Shown in pieces: positions 58,966-64,000 of a DNA stretch of 64,000 nucleotides. A model generated the notes under the pieces. The model was not told where the DNA came from, ran no database searches, and saw only the letters and a list, made by a program, of their open reading frames with translations. Made by a program: the position numbers and the translations under genes. Source of the DNA: Polaromonas sp. (GTDB taxonomy: Bacteria; Pseudomonadota; Gammaproteobacteria; Burkholderiales; Burkholderiaceae_C); assembly GCA_038902775.1 (NCBI GenBank), contig JBCKNM010000003.1:3-64002 (forward strand), read 5' to 3'. The stretch's first letter is position 1, and each line of letters begins with the position of its first letter.

Positions 58966-59523
58966 TTAATTGCTGGCAGGCAGACGTGAAATCTCGCGCT
59001 TGAGACCGGCAATATCGCTCTGGTTGCGGGCAATGCCTTCCTTGAGCCCGGCAACACGATCCAGGTAGCGCTGGTGGTTGCGGCCTTCAATGCCCTGCTT
59101 TTCAACCTCACCGTTGTTGTACTCTTTTTGCTGCTCGGCCAGTTTGGTTTCGATTTTTTTGAGTTCGGATTCGAGAATGATGCGTGAATCTCTGTCTCTG
59201 GCTTTTTGCTCAGGCCCGCCGTCGTTGCGTGAGCCCGATCCAGATGTGTTGCTCGATGCCACGCGCACGGCTGATTTTGAGGCGGGCGTGCCCTGCACCA
59301 CAGTGACATTGCCACCCTCCATCGTTTTGCAACCGCGTTGCTGTGCTTCTTTGGCGTTGTTGATGTATTCAGGCGTTGTGCCGCTGACACCGGCACAGCG
59401 GAAAACCTGCGCGGTGGCTGGCGTGCTGATGAAAGGCGATAGCAAGACGAAAACTAAGCAAGCTAAAGCGATCAACAGAAGTGGTGATTTCAAATGTTTG
59501 ATGAAGTTCAAGGTTTGATTCAT
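58966..59523 (-). CDS. Exported coiled-coil protein (DUF4124-like) of the glnA-ntrB interval
   Basis: Signal peptide, VFRC...YIN, QKARD.D.R.ILE.EL coiled coil. Confidence 0.75.
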   Translation of the reverse strand: MNQTLNFIKHLKSPLLLIALACLVFVLLSPFISTPATAQVFRCAGVSGTTPEYINNAKEAQQRGCKTMEGGNVTVVQGTPASKSAVRVASSNTSGSGSRNDGGPEQKARDRDSRIILESELKKIETKLAEQQKEYNNGEVEKQGIEGRNHQRYLDRVAGLKEGIARNQSDIAGLKREISRLPASN

Positions 59524-59621
59524 ACATAACCCCTAATGCCCATGAAGGCTAGGACGGTCTGACAGTATGCGGCAAAGCCCCCGAAATGCAAAGTGTGGGG
59601 ATTCAGGCAGAGGCCGCTAAC

Positions 59622-59650
59622 AAAAAAGACAGCTTTCGCCGTCCTTTTTT
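59622..59650. terminator. Probable intrinsic terminator downstream of glnA
   Basis: A6-GACAGC-TTTC-GCCGTC-C-T6 hairpin. Confidence 0.55.
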
Positions 59651-59651
59651 C

Positions 59652-59752
59652 GGGTTATTGGGGTCAGACACCAATTTCGCAGCGGTGCGAAGCACCGCCC
59701 CCGGAGGGCGAGCCGTAGGCTCGGCGAATTTGGGCTCTGACCCCAAAAACCC
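59652..59752. repeat. Family B element (subtype 2)
   Basis: Family B termini; 14 bp from the glnA stop. Confidence 0.9.
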
Positions 59753-59766
59753 ACGCAAGCTTGCCT

Positions 59767-61182
59767 TTACAGGGAGTAGTACATGTCGTATTCAACTGGG
59801 TGTACGGCCTGGCGGAAACGCGTGACTTCCTGCATTTTCAGCTCAATGTACGCATCAATCATGCTGTCGGTGAACACACCGCCTTTGGTCAGGAAGCCGC
59901 GACCGGTGTCGAGGTAGTCCAGCGCCTGATCCAGGCTGTGGCACACGGTCGGAATTTTTACGTCTTCTTCGGGTGGCAGATGGTACAAGTCCTTGGTGGC
60001 AGCTTCGCCCGGATGGATCTTGTTTTCAACGCCGTCCAGACCAGCCATCATCATCGCCGCGAAGCCGAGGTAGGGGTTCATCAGGGGATCGGGGAAGCGC
60101 ACTTCAATACGGCGGCCTTTTGGATTGGCAACGTACGGAATGCGGATGGAAGCCGAGCGGTTTTTAGCCGAGTAAGCCAGCTTGACCGGTGCCTCAAAAC
60201 CAGGAACCAGGCGCTTGTAGCTGTTGGTACCGGGGTTGGTGATGGCGTTCAGTGCGCGTGCGTGCTTGAAGATGCCGCCGATGTAGTACAGCGCAAAATC
60301 TGACAGGCCTGCATAGCCGTCACCGGCAAACATGTTTTTGCCGTCTTTCCAGACCGACTGGTGCACGTGCATGCCGGAGCCGTTGTCGCCAACGATGGGC
60401 TTGGGCATGAAGGTTGCCGTTTTGCCGTAGGCGTTGGCCACGTTGTGGACGACGTACTTGAGCAAAATGGTCCAGTCGGCGCGCTGCACCAGCGTGCTGA
60501 AGCGGGTGCCCATTTCGTTCTGGCCAGCGCCACCGACTTCGTGGTGAAACACTTCAACCGGGATGCCCAGCGATTCGAGAATCAGCGACATCTCGGCGCG
60601 CATGTCCTGCATGCTGTCAACCGGCGGTACTGGGAAGTAGCCGCCCTTGACGGTAGGCCTGTGGCCGCGGTTGCCGCCTTCGAGTTTTTTGCCGCTGTTC
60701 CACGGGGCTTCGTATGCGTCAACTTCAAAAAACGCGCCCGACATTTCATTGGCCCAGCGCACGCCGTCAAAAATGAAGAACTCTGGCTCTGGGCCGAAGA
60801 AGGCGGTGTCGCCCAAGCCAGAAGCCTTGAGGTAGACTTCAGCGCGCTTGGCAATCGAGCGCGGGTCACGGTCGTAAGACTTGCCATCGGTCGGGTCGAG
60901 CACGTCGCAGGTCAGGAACAGCGTGGTTTCTTCGTAGAACGGGTCAAGGTTGGCGGTATTGGCATCGGGCATGAGCAACATGTCAGATGCTTCAATGCCC
61001 TTCCAGCCGGCGATGGATGAGCCGTCGAAGGCGTGGCCAGAAGTGAACTTGTCTTCGTCAAAGTGGGATACTGGCACGGTAACGTGCTGCTCTTTCCCCC
61101 GTGTGTCAACAAAGCGGAAGTCAACAAACTTGACCTCGTTTTCCTTGACCATTTTCATGACATCTGCGACGGTCTTTGCCAT
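59767..61182 (-). CDS. glnA: Glutamine synthetase type I
   Basis: [24 protein letters not shown]...[18 protein letters not shown] adenylylation site. Confidence 0.98.
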   Translation of the reverse strand: MAKTVADVMKMVKENEVKFVDFRFVDTRGKEQHVTVPVSHFDEDKFTSGHAFDGSSIAGWKGIEASDMLLMPDANTANLDPFYEETTLFLTCDVLDPTDGKSYDRDPRSIAKRAEVYLKASGLGDTAFFGPEPEFFIFDGVRWANEMSGAFFEVDAYEAPWNSGKKLEGGNRGHRPTVKGGYFPVPPVDSMQDMRAEMSLILESLGIPVEVFHHEVGGAGQNEMGTRFSTLVQRADWTILLKYVVHNVANAYGKTATFMPKPIVGDNGSGMHVHQSVWKDGKNMFAGDGYAGLSDFALYYIGGIFKHARALNAITNPGTNSYKRLVPGFEAPVKLAYSAKNRSASIRIPYVANPKGRRIEVRFPDPLMNPYLGFAAMMMAGLDGVENKIHPGEAATKDLYHLPPEEDVKIPTVCHSLDQALDYLDTGRGFLTKGGVFTDSMIDAYIELKMQEVTRFRQAVHPVEYDMYYSL

Positions 61183-61237
61183 CAAATTCTCCTGTTGCTG
61201 GGTGGTTGTTAAAAACTGTTTTCAAAAACGAGTGGAA

Positions 61238-61252
61238 GCACTTTTTGTGCCA
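61238..61252 (-). promoter_or_regulatory. Sigma-54 promoter of glnA
   Basis: Minus strand TGGCAC-AAAAA-GTGC. Confidence 0.75.
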
Positions 61253-61391
61253 AAGCAAATACATCTTCAGCCCGTTGGCGCGCCCTCGATTGTGCCGTGA
61301 ATTGTGCCGCCAAATTCGCCCCAAACTGGGCAGGCAGCTACAAGCACTTGGGAACAGATGCAGATACGGCTAAAATAGGGCATCCTATGAA

Positions 61392-61434
61392 CGCACTACA
61401 TTGGTGCATTCATAGGATATTCTATATTGGTGCA
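61392..61434. promoter_or_regulatory. NtrC enhancer sites upstream of glnA
   Basis: CGCACTA-CAT-TGGTGCA and a second TGGTGCA half site vs TGCACCA-N3-TGGTGCA, about 140-180 bp from the sigma-54 site. Confidence 0.75.
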
Positions 61435-61436
61435 TA

Positions 61437-62264
61437 TCAAGAACGCACTAATTCAGGGCCAAGTTTAAAGTCAAAGCGGGCCAAACCTGCCAACAGCGTC
61501 GGGTAAGCCAGACCAACCGCATCGGGCATACCCTTCACGCCCAGCTCAATATGCCGCCCGTAAGTCGGATGGTCAACGCTGGGCAGGCTGAACACCTTGA
61601 TGCCAGCGTGCTTGGCCTCCAACTCCAGCATCAGTGGGGTCAGGGTGGCTTCCATAGAGCCAAACACGATGATTGACTTCTCGATGTACGCTGATTTTTG
61701 GTGCAAGTGGGAATAAACGCCGTCCAAAACCCCTTCCATCATCGGCCAAGCCATGACTGGAAAACCAGGAACGAAGTGGACAGCCCCTGACCCGGCCCAG
61801 CACGTAAAACCCGGAATCTTGTTATACGGATTAAGAATCACATCCGCGCCAACCGGGAACACACCCATATTGAGCCGGTGAATGTTGTCATGCCGATCTG
61901 CATCAAACGGCACGCCCTGCTCTTTGGCGGTGTCTTTCATGCGCTCGGTAATCAGGGCTTTGGCCTCGGGGTGCAGGGCCATCTCAACGCCAAGCGCTTT
62001 GGCCGCGCATTGGCGCGTGTGGTCATCGGGCGTGGCCCCTATGCCGCCGCATGAAAACACCACATCGCCCGACTCACGCGCACCCGCAAAGGCCCTGGCC
62101 AGCGTAGCGGTGATACGAACCGGGTCGTCACCCACATAGTCGGCAAAAGCCAGTTGCAGACCGCGCGCGCCCAGCAGTTCGATGACTTTTGGCAGGTGTT
62201 TGTCAGCGCGTTTGCCTGAGAGAATTTCATCACCAATGATGATGATTCCGAAGTGGGTGATCAT
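61437..62264 (-). CDS. CinA-like molybdopterin-binding domain protein
   Basis: IIGDEILSGKR.D, VGDD, GGIGATPDDHT. Confidence 0.88.
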   Translation of the reverse strand: MITHFGIIIIGDEILSGKRADKHLPKVIELLGARGLQLAFADYVGDDPVRITATLARAFAGARESGDVVFSCGGIGATPDDHTRQCAAKALGVEMALHPEAKALITERMKDTAKEQGVPFDADRHDNIHRLNMGVFPVGADVILNPYNKIPGFTCWAGSGAVHFVPGFPVMAWPMMEGVLDGVYSHLHQKSAYIEKSIIVFGSMEATLTPLMLELEAKHAGIKVFSLPSVDHPTYGRHIELGVKGMPDAVGLAYPTLLAGLARFDFKLGPELVRS

Positions 62265-62281
62265 GGGAATAGTTGAAACGA

Positions 62282-63214
62282 TTAAAAAGAATCGGGCTTG
62301 CTGCCCGGCGCGTCGAAGCCATTGGACGACCCCGGCAAAGCAATGGATACGGGTTCATTTTCTATTGATTTGGTAGCCGGTTGCTCCCGTATCTCGAGCG
62401 GATCAAGCACCAGCGCATTGTTTTTTTGCCGCAGTTGCTCCAGCGCAGCCAGCGCGTAGTGCGCAAACCAGAGCGACGAAAAAGTAAACACCAACGTGTA
62501 AAGCCAGATCGCCACCGGCACCAGAATCGGTGCCATGGCCACAAACATCGCGCCCGATGCCCAGATCAAGCTCGGCGCAGCCACCAGGTAGCCACTGAGC
62601 ACGCCAATGCCCAGCAACTGCATACGCTGCTCTTTAAAAATCTGCCGCCGCTCTTCGCTACTGGCGTGGTCTACCAATGCGTCGTAAGACATCACACGGT
62701 AAGTCAGCCAGCCCCAGATCAGGGGTGGCAGCACCAATATCAGCGGCGGAATCAGCCACAGCGGAATCGACAGCACCAGCGCAATCACCGCCAGCAGCGT
62801 CGAGCCCAGCGACCACAGCAGGCTGGCCAGCATCAAGCCACCTTTTTTGCGCTCCAGGCTTGGAAAGCGCCGCTCGGCTACCAGCGCCACCATCGCCGGT
62901 GTCATAAAAATCGCCACGAACAGCAGCGAGACCATCACGATCACCGGAATCGTCAGAAACAGCAGCAACACAGATGCCAGCACCAGCCGCAGGTTCGACA
63001 GGCCCAGCGTTTCCAGCCAGCGCACCATGCTGCCCACCATCTGGTAGCTGTCAAGATTGCCGCGCACCGCAGCAATCGCTCCTTCCCAGAAAAAGTAGCC
63101 CAGCCCCAAAGACAACGCCACCATGATGACCAGCGGCAGTATCGACAACGCAATCACGCGCGGATGCAGGCAATACATCGCCGCGCGCCAGAAGGAGTCG
63201 AGGAGTTTGGTCAT
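62282..63214 (-). CDS. EI24/CysZ-like membrane protein
   Basis: Multiple TM segments; LDSFWRA..YCLHPRVI, WGWLTYRV..YDAL. Confidence 0.75.
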   Translation of the reverse strand: MTKLLDSFWRAAMYCLHPRVIALSILPLVIMVALSLGLGYFFWEGAIAAVRGNLDSYQMVGSMVRWLETLGLSNLRLVLASVLLLFLTIPVIVMVSLLFVAIFMTPAMVALVAERRFPSLERKKGGLMLASLLWSLGSTLLAVIALVLSIPLWLIPPLILVLPPLIWGWLTYRVMSYDALVDHASSEERRQIFKEQRMQLLGIGVLSGYLVAAPSLIWASGAMFVAMAPILVPVAIWLYTLVFTFSSLWFAHYALAALEQLRQKNNALVLDPLEIREQPATKSIENEPVSIALPGSSNGFDAPGSKPDSF

Positions 63215-63290
63215 GGGTCTGAGGATAACGCGAATGCGGAGTGGGTTTGGCAGTGCCCGCGCCCAGCCGCAATGCAATTACGATGTCGGC

Positions 63291-64000
63291 ATGGACTTTG
63301 TCACCATCAACAACACGCCGCTTGAAGTCAAACAGATTGCCGGTAAAAGTGGCCTGGCAGCACTGATTTTTTTGCACGAAGGCTTGGGCTCGGTCAGTCT
63401 GTGGACGCAGCGCGGGCTGGACTGGCCGCAGGCGGTGTGCGAAGCGACGGGGCGCGCGGGTCTGGTCTATTCGCGGCGTGGCTATGGGCGCTCTAACCCC
63501 GTGCCAACTGGGCGCAATTTTCTGGGGGCCGACTACATGCACCGCGAGGCGTGGGAGGTGTTGCCCGCCCTGCTTGCGAAGCTGCAACTCAAAAACCCGG
63601 TGCTGCTCGGGCACTCGGATGGCGCAACGATTGCGTTGCTGTACGCCAGCCGCTTCCCGGTAGCGGCCTGCATCGCCATGGCACCGCATGTGCTGGTTGA
63701 AGACGTGGCTGTCAAGGCGATTACGCAGGCAAAAATGGCCTTCGAGTCCAACGGGCTGAGAGCGCGCTTGGCCAGGCATCACGCAGACGTTGATGGTGCC
63801 TTCTGGCAATGGAATGATGTGTGGCTGTCTGAAGCGTTCAGCCGCTTCGACATCCGGCCTGAATGCCGCGCCATCACCGCGCCCCTGCTGCTGGTGCAGG
63901 GCCTTGATGACGAGTACGGCACGATGCGGCAGCTTGATGAAATGGCCCTGGCCGCACCCCATGCGCAGCAGCTCAGGCTGGCTGATTGCGGGCACTCCCC
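63291..64000 (+). CDS. Alpha/beta hydrolase (partial, runs off the window)
   Basis: Manual translation MDFVTINN...FLHEGLGS...YSRRGYG...GHSDG...QGLDDEYG. Confidence 0.88.
   Translation, partial: MDFVTINNTPLEVKQIAGKSGLAALIFLHEGLGSVSLWTQRGLDWPQAVCEATGRAGLVYSRRGYGRSNPVPTGRNFLGADYMHREAWEVLPALLAKLQLKNPVLLGHSDGATIALLYASRFPVAACIAMAPHVLVEDVAVKAITQAKMAFESNGLRARLARHHADVDGAFWQWNDVWLSEAFSRFDIRPECRAITAPLLLVQGLDDEYGTMRQLDEMALAAPHAQQLRLADCGHS

Noticed and set aside
7588-59752. Repeats as a CRISPR array
   Set aside because: Copies are dispersed, palindromic and 50-250 bp long; there is no regular repeat-spacer period and no cas gene
637-63995. Numerous long antisense and alternate-frame ORFs in the track
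   Set aside because: They shadow well-supported genes, lack motifs, and are expected in GC-rich DNA

Overview
A roughly 58% GC betaproteobacterial chromosome segment; gene content and order suggest Comamonadaceae (Polaromonas/Rhodoferax-like; this is inference). Left to right: a type I restriction-modification locus with inserted genes (1-4.2 kb); a nitrate assimilation cluster (narK-type transporter, PP2C/Ser-Thr kinase, nirB-nirD-nasA-ybiB-cobA) split by a ~10.3 kb island (RND efflux operon, manC, hipBA-like pair, IS remnants) bounded by a 27-bp direct repeat; a stand-alone nirK; a 2.3 kb mosaic at 33.0-35.2 kb with an attC-bearing BrnT/BrnA cassette sandwiched between the 3' and 5' ends of a class C group II intron, plus an IS-end-bounded, inactivated addiction module; then mostly core genes (cysE, suhB, mutS, uppP, glnS, aroQ/aroC, thyA/folA, xth, ntrBC, glnA). 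The most distinctive signal is non-coding. About 25 short structured elements from at least six families are present: MITEs with target-site duplications and REP/REPIN-like palindromes. They are repeatedly nested, with REP-like hairpins sitting at the centre of MITE shells. They show compensatory base changes, one loop inversion, and insertions into coding sequence. No CRISPR array, tRNA or rRNA was seen. Family names for repeats and remnants come from recalled motifs, not database searches.
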